Origin: Arcticibacter sp.
GTDB taxonomy: Bacteria > Bacteroidota > Bacteroidia > Sphingobacteriales > Sphingobacteriaceae
Assembly: GCF_045629565.1 (NCBI RefSeq)
Contig: NZ_JAZQRL010000007.1
Location: forward strand, 88 to 64,087
Direction of reading: 5' to 3'
Length of the DNA: 64,000 nucleotides
Shown: one piece after another, positions 8,619 to 18,692 of the stretch
Layout: each line of letters starts with the position of its first letter
Position numbering within the stretch: the stretch's first letter is position 1
Notes under the pieces: model-generated
Told to the model about the DNA's origin: nothing
The model's database searches: none
The model's input: only the letters and a program-made list of their open reading frames with translations
Program-made: the position numbers and the translations under genes

Positions 8619-9716
8619 ATGGATATTACAGAACAAATTGAAGCATATTTACGGAACGAAATGTCGGCTGATGAGGCTGCTGCTTTCGAACGATTAAGAG
8701 CTTCTGATCCCGATCTGGACCAGAAGGTGGTATTGCATGAGCAGTTTATCAAACAGATGAAGGATTACGGAGAGCATCGTAAGCTGATTTCTGACATGAA
8801 TGCCATTCATGCAGGTCTTGATATCGAGTCGATCAGAGAAGAGGTGATCCCGTTCGGACTGAAAGTCAGAACGATGTGGAGAAAATACCGGGTTAATGGT
8901 GCTATAGCTGCATCTGTTGCGCTTATGGCAGTCTTTACTACGTTATTTTCCACGGGCTATTTCAACAAGGCTACTTCCATACGTTCGGATTATAACGCAC
9001 TTCGGAGAGAATGGAGCAGAGATATTAATACAAAGGTTAAGCGCTCTCAGAACGAGATATTGCAAAATATTAATGCCACCACCAAAGAGCCTTCGGCTCC
9101 ATCTCTATTTGGAGGTACAGGCTTTGCGTTGAACACAGAAGGATATGTAGTGACTAATTATCATGTAGTCAAAGGGGCCGACTCTGTTTATATCGAGGAT
9201 AATGATGGAAACTCATTTAAAACAACAACAGTTTATGTTCACCCGTCTTACGATATTGCTGTACTGAAAGTGACTGACGCTTCTTTCAAATTACCAAAAT
9301 CCCTTCCTTATTCGTTTAAGAAATCAGGTGCGGACTTGGGACTGGATGTTTATACGTTGGGCTATCCTAAAGACGACATAACCTACACCCGCGGATACTT
9401 AAGTTCCAAGAGTGGGTATGCAGGGGATACGCTTGCTTACCAAGTTGATATTTCCGTGAATGGAGGAAATAGTGGAGGTCCGCTGCTCGATAGTAAAGGA
9501 AATGTAGTTGGAGTAGTAAATGCAAAACAAGATCGTACTGATGGTGCATCTTTCGCAATTAAGTCTGCTTACCTCCTTGAAGCTATTGATGCTATTCCGA
9601 AAGATTCCTTAGGACGAAAAGTTTCAGTCAATACTAAGAACACGTTAGCGTCGTTAAATAGAAGTGAGCAGATCAAAAAGATAGGCAATTACATTTACAT
9701 GGTTAAGGTTTATTGA
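8619..9716 (+). CDS. anti-sigma-like N-domain + TM + S1/HtrA-like serine protease (no PDZ)
   Basis: N-term EQIEAYLRNEMS..EAAAFE helix; TM GAIAASVALMAVFTTLF; catalytic TNYHVV, YDIAVL, GNSGGP. Confidence 0.8.
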   Translation: MDITEQIEAYLRNEMSADEAAAFERLRASDPDLDQKVVLHEQFIKQMKDYGEHRKLISDMNAIHAGLDIESIREEVIPFGLKVRTMWRKYRVNGAIAASVALMAVFTTLFSTGYFNKATSIRSDYNALRREWSRDINTKVKRSQNEILQNINATTKEPSAPSLFGGTGFALNTEGYVVTNYHVVKGADSVYIEDNDGNSFKTTTVYVHPSYDIAVLKVTDASFKLPKSLPYSFKKSGADLGLDVYTLGYPKDDITYTRGYLSSKSGYAGDTLAYQVDISVNGGNSGGPLLDSKGNVVGVVNAKQDRTDGASFAIKSAYLLEAIDAIPKDSLGRKVSVNTKNTLASLNRSEQIKKIGNYIYMVKVY

Positions 9717-9735
9717 TAAGAGTTAGTTTGAGTGA

Positions 9736-9772
9736 ACAAAGAAGCCGTTTGGATTTCCAAACGGCTTCTTTG
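9736..9772. terminator. bidirectional terminator
   Basis: ACAAAGAAGCCGTTTGG / CCAAACGGCTTCTTTGT perfect stem between convergent genes. Confidence 0.8.
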
Positions 9773-9792
9773 TGTTATAAGGGTTTGTCTTA

Positions 9793-10968
9793 TTATCTGT
9801 CCAGCTCGCCAAGTACAATATCGACGGAGCCTATTATCGCTATCAGGTCTGCGATAAGAATTCCTCTGGAGATCTCAGAAATGACTGATAAGTTGCAAAA
9901 GCTTGGTCCCCGCGCTTTTACACGCCTGGGTATTTCAGACTTTCCATCTGTGATAAAGTAGAAGCCAAGTTCCCCCTTGGGGTTTTCTGCCCTCATGTAG
10001 AAATCCTGAGCCTTAGGAATGATTTTTTTAGGCAGCCTCGCTCTCGGGTCAAATTCCTTTGTACGCTTGAGATCGCTCTGTAGTCGTGCCAAACACTGAC
10101 TGATAATACCCACCGACTGCTCAATCTCATCTATACGAACCTTGAACCGGTCCCAACAGTCTCCCACAGTGCCCATTTCGCCCTTACCCACCGGAATCTC
10201 AAATTCCAGCTCTGGGTATGCTGAATATTCGTCAACTCGTCTTAGGTCCCATTTCAGCCCCGATCCACGCAGCATAGGTCCTGAGCATCCGTAATTGATC
10301 GCCGTGGAGAGTGGCAATACACCTACATTGGCAGTTCTGGATATGAAGATTTCATTTCCGGTTAGCAGTTCATTTAACTCGCCCATCTTTGGTTTAAAAT
10401 AGTCGATAAATTCTTTGCACCTTTCTTCAAAACCAACCGGAAGGTCATAATACAACCCGCCAACCCAGATATAGTTGTATAACATCCTCGATCCTGAAGC
10501 CCATTCAAGCATATTCATGATGTGTTCCCTATCCCTGAAACACCACAGAAAAGGCGTAAAGGCACCGATGTCTATTCCATACGTCCCTAAAGCGATAAGA
10601 TGAGAACCTATCCTGTTCAATTCAGAGACAAGTACGCGTATGTATTCAATCCGCTTCGGGATGTCTCCATCTATACCCAGCATTCTTTCAACCCCCATCA
10701 CCCAGGCATGACTGCTGTTCATGGAAGCCAGATAGTCGAGGCGGTCAACGAAGGGAATAGTCTGCTGATACGTCAGATTCTCCGCATGCTTTTCAAAGCA
10801 TCTGTGAAGATAGCCTACGTGTGGGATTACTTCTTTCACAATCTCCCCGTCAGTGATCAGTTCAAGCCTCAGAACTCCATGGGTGGAGGGGTGTTGGGGA
10901 CCCATGTTCAGAACCATTTCAGTAGGTTCCACTTCTGATATAAGCTTATGATACCGTGTTGATTCCAT
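9793..10968 (-). CDS. nuoD: NADH-quinone oxidoreductase subunit D
   Basis: [43 protein letters not shown]. Confidence 0.93.
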   Translation of the reverse strand: MESTRYHKLISEVEPTEMVLNMGPQHPSTHGVLRLELITDGEIVKEVIPHVGYLHRCFEKHAENLTYQQTIPFVDRLDYLASMNSSHAWVMGVERMLGIDGDIPKRIEYIRVLVSELNRIGSHLIALGTYGIDIGAFTPFLWCFRDREHIMNMLEWASGSRMLYNYIWVGGLYYDLPVGFEERCKEFIDYFKPKMGELNELLTGNEIFISRTANVGVLPLSTAINYGCSGPMLRGSGLKWDLRRVDEYSAYPELEFEIPVGKGEMGTVGDCWDRFKVRIDEIEQSVGIISQCLARLQSDLKRTKEFDPRARLPKKIIPKAQDFYMRAENPKGELGFYFITDGKSEIPRRVKARGPSFCNLSVISEISRGILIADLIAIIGSVDIVLGELDR

Positions 10969-11465
10969 TAGTCCACTTTAATTCCGTTATAATATTCCTG
11001 CGCCTTGTAATCCTTCCTTAGGGGGTGACCTTCCCAGTCGTCCGGAAGCAGAATCCTTCTAAGATCAGGATGGTTTTCAAATCTTATTCCGACAAGGTCA
11101 TAGGCCTCACGTTCGTGCCAGTCGGCGGTTTTCCAAACTTCAGATACGGTTGGGAAGGAGGGCAGTTCCTCGCGACTACGGTCATGGTACTTGCGTACTT
11201 TTAATGTCAGGGAACTTTTATAAGGTATGGATGCGAGGTGATAAACGACGCCAAATATATTTTCCTCAACACCATAGTCAACGCCGCTAAGTGAAGCCAG
11301 AAAATCAAACCATGTCTTGTCGTTGTCTCTTAATTCCAGACAGACATCTGCTATTGCTTCTGGCTTAATGACCAGTGCAGGCTGGCGCCCGGTGGTTTCT
11401 TCGCCTACGATCACATCCTGACCAAATTTATCAGTCAGCAGGATTTTTATTTCTTCGAACGTCAT
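10968..11465 (-). CDS. nuoC: NADH-quinone oxidoreductase subunit C
   Basis: [38 protein letters not shown]. Confidence 0.92.
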   Translation of the reverse strand: MTFEEIKILLTDKFGQDVIVGEETTGRQPALVIKPEAIADVCLELRDNDKTWFDFLASLSGVDYGVEENIFGVVYHLASIPYKSSLTLKVRKYHDRSREELPSFPTVSEVWKTADWHEREAYDLVGIRFENHPDLRRILLPDDWEGHPLRKDYKAQEYYNGIKVD

Positions 11466-11466
11466 T

Positions 11467-12120
11467 TTAAGGAGCTAATCGTACAATTTTCCAATTATTG
11501 TCTACCAGTTTGTAGGCAATCCGGTCGTGAAGTCTCCCTGATCCGCCCTGCCAGAACTCAATAAAGGTAGGCTTTACGACATAACCTCCCCAATGTGGTG
11601 GCTTCGCAACCTCTGCACCATCTTTGTATTTCTCCTCAAGAAGTGTGAGATTGTTTAAAAGAAACTCTTTATTGTCTATTTCACGGCTCTGAGGTGATGC
11701 AACAGCTCCGATCTGACTTTTCCTTGGGCGTGAATGGAAATAAGCTTCCGAGTCTTTCTCGTTTAATTTTTCGAGGGTTCCTTCGATTCGAACCTGTCGT
11801 TCCAATTCCTGCCAGAAAAAAACCATTGCAGCCTGCGCATTCTTGGTAATCTCCTGACCTTTTCGGCTCAGGTAATTGGTATAAAAAACAAACCCTCGCT
11901 CGTCGAATCCCTTTAACAACATTACCCGCGCTGAGGGTTTGCCGTCAGCGGTTGCTGTAGCCAGTGTCATAACATTCGGCTCATATATCTGCGAAGCCAT
12001 GGCTTCGGCGAACCATTTTGAAAATTGGCTAACCGGATTGGCTTCAACGTCTTTTTCAGATAGGGTAGCACTTTTATAGTCCTGTCGCAGGTTTTGGATG
12101 GTCTCTTTATCTAAGGTCAT
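11467..12120 (-). CDS. pdxH: pyridoxamine 5'-phosphate oxidase
   Basis: LRQDY, PSARVMLLKG, FYTNYLSRKG, IEFWQG..GRLHDR; TAACTTTG -7 box at 12128-12135. Confidence 0.92.
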   Translation of the reverse strand: MTLDKETIQNLRQDYKSATLSEKDVEANPVSQFSKWFAEAMASQIYEPNVMTLATATADGKPSARVMLLKGFDERGFVFYTNYLSRKGQEITKNAQAAMVFFWQELERQVRIEGTLEKLNEKDSEAYFHSRPRKSQIGAVASPQSREIDNKEFLLNNLTLLEEKYKDGAEVAKPPHWGGYVVKPTFIEFWQGGSGRLHDRIAYKLVDNNWKIVRLAP

Positions 12121-12223
12121 AACTATACAAAGTTAGTAATTGCATGAATCTAACTATTATAAACACCGAGATTAGTTAGGAATCTTATAAAAACATATAA
12201 TCGCATGACATTGTTATTGATAT

Positions 12224-12790
12224 ATGCTGAATAAAACCCAACCAACAAAAGGAAGTTTGCTGATCTCCGAACCGTTCATGCTTGATCCCAACTTCAAAAG
12301 GTCAGTCGTATTGCTGGCAGAACATAATGAAGAGGGGACAATCGGATATGTATTGAACCAGAGAAGCAATCTCTTGCTGAAGGACGTTTTGCCGGATTGT
12401 CCGGACGCGAACTTTCCGATTTATGTGGGTGGACCGGTGGGAGCAGACACACTGCATTTTATCCATTGTTGTGACGAGAGAATCAGTGGCGGGCAGGAAA
12501 TCAGCAAAGGGATATTCTGGGGTGGTAACTTCGAAGCGTTGCTGCTGTTAATCAACACGCAGCAAATAGGGCAGGATGAAATAAAATTCTTTGTTGGGTA
12601 TTCAGGATGGGAACCCGGGCAGCTAGATCGCGAGCTTGAGCAAAACTCCTGGTTGGTTACCGATAACTATAAAGCAGCTTTCGTGATGAATGCAAATAAT
12701 GAAGAGGGTTTATGGAAGGAGATTGTAGCAAACCTGGGTCCCAGGTTTGCTCATATCGTTAATTTTCCGGAGAATCCGCTTTGGAACTAA
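12224..12790 (+). CDS. YqgE/AlgH (UPF0301) family protein
   Basis: [38 protein letters not shown]. Confidence 0.87.
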   Translation: MLNKTQPTKGSLLISEPFMLDPNFKRSVVLLAEHNEEGTIGYVLNQRSNLLLKDVLPDCPDANFPIYVGGPVGADTLHFIHCCDERISGGQEISKGIFWGGNFEALLLLINTQQIGQDEIKFFVGYSGWEPGQLDRELEQNSWLVTDNYKAAFVMNANNEEGLWKEIVANLGPRFAHIVNFPENPLWN

Positions 12791-13274
12791 ACGCAGATTC
12801 CATCTCCCGTGCGGTTTCTTCAACCTTCAGCTTGAGGTCCTCCTTATAAGCCTTAAGATTTTCCGTGATTCGAGGATCTGCAGTTGCTAAGATCTGCGCT
12901 GCCAGGATGCCGGCATTCTTTGCTGCGTTTAAGGCAACAGTGGCAACCGGAATTCCGTTTGGCATTTGAAGGATAGACAGAATGGAATCCCAGCCATCTA
13001 TTGAGTTCGAAGACTTAACAGGAACGCCAATAACCGGAAGATGCGTAATTGATGCAACCATACCCGGAAGGTGAGCTGCGCCACCTGCACCCGCAATGAT
13101 CACTTTGATTCCTCGTTCAGCAGCGGTTTTAGCATATTGGAACATTCTTTCCGGTGTGCGATGCGCAGATACTACCGTTATTTCGAATTCGGCACCCAAA
13201 GCCTTTAAAACATCCGCGGCATCTTGCATAACCGGTAGATCCGATTTGCTGCCCATAATAATTCCAACTTTCAT
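12759..13274 (-). CDS. purE: N5-CAIR mutase PurE
   Basis: [35 protein letters not shown]. Confidence 0.95.
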   Translation of the reverse strand: MKVGIIMGSKSDLPVMQDAADVLKALGAEFEITVVSAHRTPERMFQYAKTAAERGIKVIIAGAGGAAHLPGMVASITHLPVIGVPVKSSNSIDGWDSILSILQMPNGIPVATVALNAAKNAGILAAQILATADPRITENLKAYKEDLKLKVEETAREMESAFSSKADSPEN

Positions 13275-13281
13275 GTATATA

Positions 13282-14421
13282 CTAAGCTATTACTTTAACT
13301 ATGCTTTGAACTAAACGGGCTTTTTCTACAGCTTTCTCACGTATATCATCAATTATGGTTACGTGACCCATCTTTCTGAACGGTTTAGTGAACTTCTTTC
13401 CATAAAGGTGAACGTATACTCCGTCCATTTTCAGGATATCATTCAGGCCCTCGTATACAGCTGGTCCTTCGAATCCCGGCTCTCCGAGTAAATTGATCAT
13501 GACAGCATTGCTTACCGGTCTGATATCGCCTAAGGGAAGGTTAAAGATTGCCCTGAGATGTTGCTCAAACTGAGAGACGTAGTTTCCTTCAATCGTATGA
13601 TGACCGCTATTATGCGGTCTTGGAGCCAGTTCATTCACGAGAATGGTGCCTGTTTTGGTTAGAAACATTTCGACAGCCAGAAGTCCGGTTATTTTTAATG
13701 AATTAGCAATTTCAAGAGCTAGAAACTCTGCCCTTTGCTGTACCTCAAGAGGTAAGGTGCTGGGTGAGATGAGAAATTCAACAAGATTAGCGTCTGGATT
13801 GAACTCCATTTCCACGCAAGGGAAAGCTTTTGTTTCCCCATCATTATTCCGGGCGACAATTACCGCAATCTCTTTATCAAAATCAACCCACTCCTCAATT
13901 ATGCTCGGCTCATTAAATGCAGTATCAAAATCACCTTCGTTTTTTATTTTATATACGCCTTTACCGTCATAGCCGTCTCTCCTCAGCTTTTGTATGAAAG
14001 GGAAAGGAATAGAAGCGTTTTTTAACGAAGCCCTCGACGTTATCAGCTGAAACGGCGCAGATGGGATGCCATGTTGCTTGAAAAATTCTTTTTGAAGCCC
14101 TTTGTCCTGAATCAACCGGATGACACGTGGCTCAGGATAGACGAGCACGCCCTCTTCCTCCAGCTTCTGAAGGGCATCGACGTTAACCTTCTCTATTTCG
14201 ATAGTAAGAAGGTCAAGATTTTTACCGAATTCATAGACCGTTTCATAGTCTGTTAGAGAACCAACTACGAACTTATTACACAGATATCTGCAAGACGCCT
14301 CCGGGTCAGGGTCGAGAACTCGGATATTAACGTTGTAGTTTATTGCTTCCTGGATAAGCATACGGCCTAACTGGCCTCCTCCAAGAATTCCTACGCGCAA
14401 ATCACCATAAAATGCTTTCAT
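13282..14421 (-). CDS. purK: N5-CAIR synthase PurK
   Basis: [34 protein letters not shown]. Confidence 0.95.
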   Translation of the reverse strand: MKAFYGDLRVGILGGGQLGRMLIQEAINYNVNIRVLDPDPEASCRYLCNKFVVGSLTDYETVYEFGKNLDLLTIEIEKVNVDALQKLEEEGVLVYPEPRVIRLIQDKGLQKEFFKQHGIPSAPFQLITSRASLKNASIPFPFIQKLRRDGYDGKGVYKIKNEGDFDTAFNEPSIIEEWVDFDKEIAVIVARNNDGETKAFPCVEMEFNPDANLVEFLISPSTLPLEVQQRAEFLALEIANSLKITGLLAVEMFLTKTGTILVNELAPRPHNSGHHTIEGNYVSQFEQHLRAIFNLPLGDIRPVSNAVMINLLGEPGFEGPAVYEGLNDILKMDGVYVHLYGKKFTKPFRKMGHVTIIDDIREKAVEKARLVQSIVKVIA

Positions 14422-14507
14422 TCGTGCAAGTTTACTCTAAATCTCCGAAAAAAGCTAATATATATCCCCCTGGAGACTACATAATCTAACACGAAATTGC
14501 TGGTTAA

Positions 14508-14993
14508 TCAGCTGGATGTCAGAAGACTCTCTTCGGTTATTTTTTTCTGCAATTCAAGGAAACCACCGATCAGGGACTCGGGGCGTGGCGGACAGCCTTG
14601 TACATATATATCCACGGGTATGATACGGTCGACACCTTTTACAACATGATAACCATGTTGCCAGTAAGGACCACCACAGTTTGAGCAAGATCCCATAGAA
14701 ATAACGTAGCGGGGTTCCGGCATCTGCTCATAGAGCCTTCTGATCCGTTCAGCCATTTTAAACGTTACCGTTCCCGCAATTATAATAACATCAGATTGTC
14801 TTGGCGTAGGCCGGGGAAATACCCCAATCCGGTCAAGGTCAAAATTAGCGGAATAAGCACCCATCATTTCTATCGCGCAGCATGCTATTCCAAAGCTGAC
14901 AGGCCACAGCGAAGAAAGCCGGGCCCAGTTAAGCAGGTCGTCGAGTTTAGTAACCATTACTCCACCATCCTGCGACATTTTATCTAAACTCAT
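14508..14993 (-). CDS. nuoB: NADH-quinone oxidoreductase subunit B
   Basis: [29 protein letters not shown]. Confidence 0.93.
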   Translation of the reverse strand: MSLDKMSQDGGVMVTKLDDLLNWARLSSLWPVSFGIACCAIEMMGAYSANFDLDRIGVFPRPTPRQSDVIIIAGTVTFKMAERIRRLYEQMPEPRYVISMGSCSNCGGPYWQHGYHVVKGVDRIIPVDIYVQGCPPRPESLIGGFLELQKKITEESLLTSS

Positions 14994-15574
14994 TTTTGTA
15001 CTCTTTTAAAAGCAGGCTTAAATGCCGGCTTGGGTGATGATACCGGAGCTAATTGCTCTGGTGCTGTCTTTAACGGTTCTGCAGAAAAAGCTCGTGTGAC
15101 GTAGGTTTCAGCATTGATCCTGTCATATGCACTCAGAGGTACGGCCGTTTCCACAACTGACAGTGTAGGCTTCGGCTTTATCCAGTTTAGGTCTTTTCGT
15201 CTCCAAACGTAGACGAGCCCCAGTAATAAGATGCCAACGAAGATGAACATTTCAATCAGCGCCAGCCATCCCCAGCTAGAATCTGCACCAATCAGTTCTT
15301 TTTGTGCAAAAATAGTCGACCACGGAAAAATAAATATCATCTCAACTTCAAAAAGAAGAAACACCAACGCAATAACGTAGAATCTGGAGTTAATTTGTAC
15401 CCATGCATTTCCGCTTGGTTCCTCACCACATTCATAAGAGCTTAGTTTTAACGCATTTGGCCTGGAGGGGGATAGAAGTCTTGACAAAAGCATGGTGCCC
15501 GACACAACCATTATACCCACCAGAAGAATTATAAATACTTTTCCAAATTCTGTTAATTGAGACACTTCCTCCAT
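14990..15574 (-). CDS. nuoA: NADH-quinone oxidoreductase subunit A (C-terminally extended)
   Basis: [24 protein letters not shown]; start reassigned to MEEVSQL at 15574. Confidence 0.88.
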   Translation of the reverse strand: MEEVSQLTEFGKVFIILLVGIMVVSGTMLLSRLLSPSRPNALKLSSYECGEEPSGNAWVQINSRFYVIALVFLLFEVEMIFIFPWSTIFAQKELIGADSSWGWLALIEMFIFVGILLLGLVYVWRRKDLNWIKPKPTLSVVETAVPLSAYDRINAETYVTRAFSAEPLKTAPEQLAPVSSPKPAFKPAFKRVQK

Positions 15575-15623
15575 AAAATCAAATGTAAGCAATCCTTTAA
15601 AAACACATATTATTAATACAAAA

Positions 15624-15654
15624 TTTGACAATAAAAAAAATCTCTCTATATTTG
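15624..15654 (+). promoter_or_regulatory. Bacteroidetes housekeeping promoter of the rpmH operon
   Basis: TTTG (15624-27), 19-nt spacer, TATATTTG (15647-54). Confidence 0.7.
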
Positions 15655-15691
15655 CGCTCTTTGTAAGAAAGAGTCATATTTTATATAAGTC

Positions 15692-15850
15692 ATGAAAAGA
15701 ACATTCCAGCCTTCCCAGAGGAAAAGAAGAAATAAGCACGGATTCAGAGAGCGTATGAGCACTGCCAATGGTAGAAGGGTTTTAGCTTCAAGAAGAGCCA
15801 AAGGTAGAAAAAGACTATCAGTATCTGACGAGCGTCGTCATAAAGCATAA
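15692..15850 (+). CDS. rpmH: 50S ribosomal protein L34 (not in ORF track)
   Basis: Manual translation [52 protein letters not shown]. Confidence 0.97.
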   Translation: MKRTFQPSQRKRRNKHGFRERMSTANGRRVLASRRAKGRKRLSVSDERRHKA

Positions 15851-15919
15851 TTATTGATTGCAGCCGTTGTCCTTACGGAGCTGCAGATTATCTGCATTCA
15901 GGCGTAAAGCAATCAGTAC

Positions 15920-16312
15920 ATGCATACATTTAAGAAAGAAGAACGGTTATGTAACAAAAGGCTTTTAAAGAAGCTTTTTACTAGCGGTTCTTCTTTTTTA
16001 GTATACCCGTTTCGGGTTGTTCATATGCCTGAAGCTACTTCTGACCATTACCCGGTTCAGGTTGTAGTTGCCGTTCCCAAACGGAAGTTCAAAAAGGCAG
16101 TAGACAGGAATCTGCTAAAGAGAAGAATACGGGAAGCTTACAGGCTGCATAAAGATACTCACCTATATCCTGTATTGACCAGGAACGACACCCGCATCAT
16201 CCTCTCATTGAGCTATATAGGCAATGAGATAGCCGATTACAAGATCATAGAAAAGAAGCTGTTAACTGTTCTTAAACACTTGCATAAAGCATATGATAGA
16301 GAGGATAATTAG
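15920..16312 (+). CDS. rnpA: ribonuclease P protein component
   Basis: [25 protein letters not shown]; follows rpmH. Confidence 0.92.
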   Translation: MHTFKKEERLCNKRLLKKLFTSGSSFLVYPFRVVHMPEATSDHYPVQVVVAVPKRKFKKAVDRNLLKRRIREAYRLHKDTHLYPVLTRNDTRIILSLSYIGNEIADYKIIEKKLLTVLKHLHKAYDREDN

Positions 16313-16538
16313 CGGACTTTCATGGCTCATCGGACGTCTTTTTCTAATAGTAATCCGGTTTTATCAGTATTTTATTTCTCCCTTAACTGGTGCATCATGC
16401 CGGTTTACACCCACTTGCTCGCAGTATGGTGCAGAAGCGATCAGAAAGCACGGGCCGTTTAAAGGCGGCTGGCTTACCATCAAACGTATCGGCAGGTGCA
16501 ACCCCTGGGGCGGTCATGGACATGATCCTGTCCCTTAA
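16293..16538 (+). CDS. yidD: membrane protein insertion efficiency factor YidD
   Basis: YQYFISP...[10 protein letters not shown]...[14 protein letters not shown]. Confidence 0.92.
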   Translation: MIERIISGLSWLIGRLFLIVIRFYQYFISPLTGASCRFTPTCSQYGAEAIRKHGPFKGGWLTIKRIGRCNPWGGHGHDPVP

Positions 16539-16569
16539 TTAAATCTGGAATTAAATCATCATCTAATTC

Positions 16570-17256
16570 ATGGCATTAATACTTCAAATCGAAACATCTA
16601 CCATATCATGTTCTGTAGCTCTTGCTGAGAACGGAGCTACCATAGCTTGTAAAGAAGCTTCGGAAAGAAACATCCACGCCTCCAGTATTACATTATTCAT
16701 CGAAGAGGTAATGAAATCAGCAGGGAAGGGACTGAGCGATCTGGACGCTGTCGCGGTCAGTAAAGGTCCAGGTTCCTATACGGGTTTGAGAATTGGTGTT
16801 TCCACTGCCAAAGGATTATGTTATGCTCTTGACGTTCCTTTGATCGCTATCGACACCCTAAAAGCTATGGCTTCCAACAGGGAGGTGAATTCGGGCAACG
16901 CAGCGTCTTTACTGTGTCCGATGATCGATGCACGGAGAATGGAAGTCTACACTGCTGTTTATGACAATGTCTTAAACGAAATCATTCCTGTTTCGGCAAA
17001 GATAATTGACGAAAATTCCTTCGCTGACTTACTCGATAGCAGGAAGATGCTTTTTTTTGGTGATGGTGCCGGGAAATGTATGGAGATCCTTGGAAGGAAG
17101 GCAAACGCCTCCTTCATAACCACGTTTGAAAATTCCGCATCAGATATGAGTGAGGAAGCTTTCAAACGCTTTAATCAGCAGCTTTTTGAAGATATCGCCT
17201 ATTTCGAGCCTTATTACCTCAAAGATTTCGTCGCAACTACACCCAAAGTCATCTAG
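16570..17256 (+). CDS. tsaB: t6A biosynthesis protein TsaB
   Basis: IETST, GPGSYTGLRIG, IDARRMEVY. Confidence 0.93.
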   Translation: MALILQIETSTISCSVALAENGATIACKEASERNIHASSITLFIEEVMKSAGKGLSDLDAVAVSKGPGSYTGLRIGVSTAKGLCYALDVPLIAIDTLKAMASNREVNSGNAASLLCPMIDARRMEVYTAVYDNVLNEIIPVSAKIIDENSFADLLDSRKMLFFGDGAGKCMEILGRKANASFITTFENSASDMSEEAFKRFNQQLFEDIAYFEPYYLKDFVATTPKVI

Positions 17257-18692
17257 TCACGTTTTCCAAATATCTTGTTCAGGAACCCTGTCCCGGGAAT
17301 CCGGTGGTTGATGCCTGGGATGTAATTCTCATTTTGGGGGTCACTTACAATTCTGCCAAACTTCAGTGAGAAGCCGAGATAGGCTGATGCTCCTTTGATT
17401 CCTTCGTTCAATCGTTCTTTACGCCGATTCTGATCGTCGGTAAGTAACACCCCGGCCTTGTAAGACTGGAAGAGATTGTCGGTTCCCATGAAGAACTCCA
17501 CATTGGGCGACTTAAGCATAAGCTGTCCTCCAAACTGGAAGTAATCGTTGAGATTATACGCCCCTGAAGCTCCGATATGTAAAATTTTATATCGAAAGGA
17601 ATTCATAAGAACGATATCTCCGCTATTGTTGAAAAGACTTTTAGACAACAATGCAGATAGCTTAAACGCACCGAAATTCTTTGATATAAGAGCTTCCGCC
17701 TTTCCGTTGATCACCGATGTGTAGCGTTCTCTCACCAGCACATCCTGTATGTTGTTTAATTGATCTTCTGCATCATCCAGCGTGTTTATATTCAAATCAG
17801 AGCCGTTCCTATAAGAATCATTACTCCAACGGATAAAGCCTATATCCTTCAGATTGGTCAGTACATTCCAACCGTCCCTGAGCTTCATATTGCTGCTAAG
17901 CGTTAAAGACATACCCGGATTACGGAAGTTAGGACGTAGATCATCCCAGGCTATATTGTCATAGTAGCTGCTGCGCAGAACTCCGCCGACAGTAAAAGTC
18001 CGGTAATCCGGAGAGGCAGGGTCAATATTAAGTTCGCCCGATCGCACCTTGACAGAATTATGAGCGATACCGCTGAGATAGCTCAGCTTAATTCCGTAGC
18101 TAAATTTTTGATTGTACTGCTCCCTGAATGTAAATCCAATCTGGTGGTAGGCTTGAGCCTGGAGGTCGGTGGCGCGGAGCTGATTAGGACCTGTTCTGTT
18201 CAAATACTCATCAATGCCATTAATCCCCTGTTCGTTAGCCGTTTTAAATACAATTAAAGCCTGGTTATGAAGCTTTCCATGACTCTCTGCCCTGGTTTGC
18301 CATGAAAAGCCAAGTTCACGCCTATGATCAACTGTCTTAAATAGCCGCAGCATCAGGAGATATGAATTCTCACTCGCATTAAGCCTGTTAAACCGCCGGG
18401 CATCGACATCCAGATCACTGATCGAGAGACCATTCGAATAGAGGAGAATGTTTTTGAGCGCAACCTGTGCCGGTCCGTTAAACTTCAAGTTCACACCACT
18501 GTTTGGCACAAAGAAATTCGAAGCAAACTGCCTGCTTTCATTCAGCTCGAAAGGAGATTGCGCAGGGTTCTCAAAAGAATCCCACAAAGATCCTGTTCCG
18601 TAAAGCGAAAACTGTTGTGCGGGGACTTTAGATGAGAGGAAAAAAAACAGAAGGCCGCACCAGGCAGCCCTCGATCTATAGCTTGTACGCAT
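17253..18692 (-). CDS. DUF5723-like putative outer-membrane beta-barrel protein
   Basis: The 597-aa ORF overlaps the upstream gene; likely start MRTSYRS (18692) with signal peptide ending PA-QQF; NPA motif and alternating beta-strands. Confidence 0.55.
   Translation of the reverse strand: MRTSYRSRAAWCGLLFFFLSSKVPAQQFSLYGTGSLWDSFENPAQSPFELNESRQFASNFFVPNSGVNLKFNGPAQVALKNILLYSNGLSISDLDVDARRFNRLNASENSYLLMLRLFKTVDHRRELGFSWQTRAESHGKLHNQALIVFKTANEQGINGIDEYLNRTGPNQLRATDLQAQAYHQIGFTFREQYNQKFSYGIKLSYLSGIAHNSVKVRSGELNIDPASPDYRTFTVGGVLRSSYYDNIAWDDLRPNFRNPGMSLTLSSNMKLRDGWNVLTNLKDIGFIRWSNDSYRNGSDLNINTLDDAEDQLNNIQDVLVRERYTSVINGKAEALISKNFGAFKLSALLSKSLFNNSGDIVLMNSFRYKILHIGASGAYNLNDYFQFGGQLMLKSPNVEFFMGTDNLFQSYKAGVLLTDDQNRRKERLNEGIKGASAYLGFSLKFGRIVSDPQNENYIPGINHRIPGTGFLNKIFGKRD

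Noticed and set aside
12759-12790. 32-nt convergent 3' overlap of yqgE and purE
   Set aside because: Ordinary tail-to-tail overlap with no evidence of function.
15692-17256. rpmH-rnpA-yidD cluster as a marker of oriC
   Set aside because: No dnaA or yidC, and no DnaA-box cluster seen in the flanking intergenic DNA.
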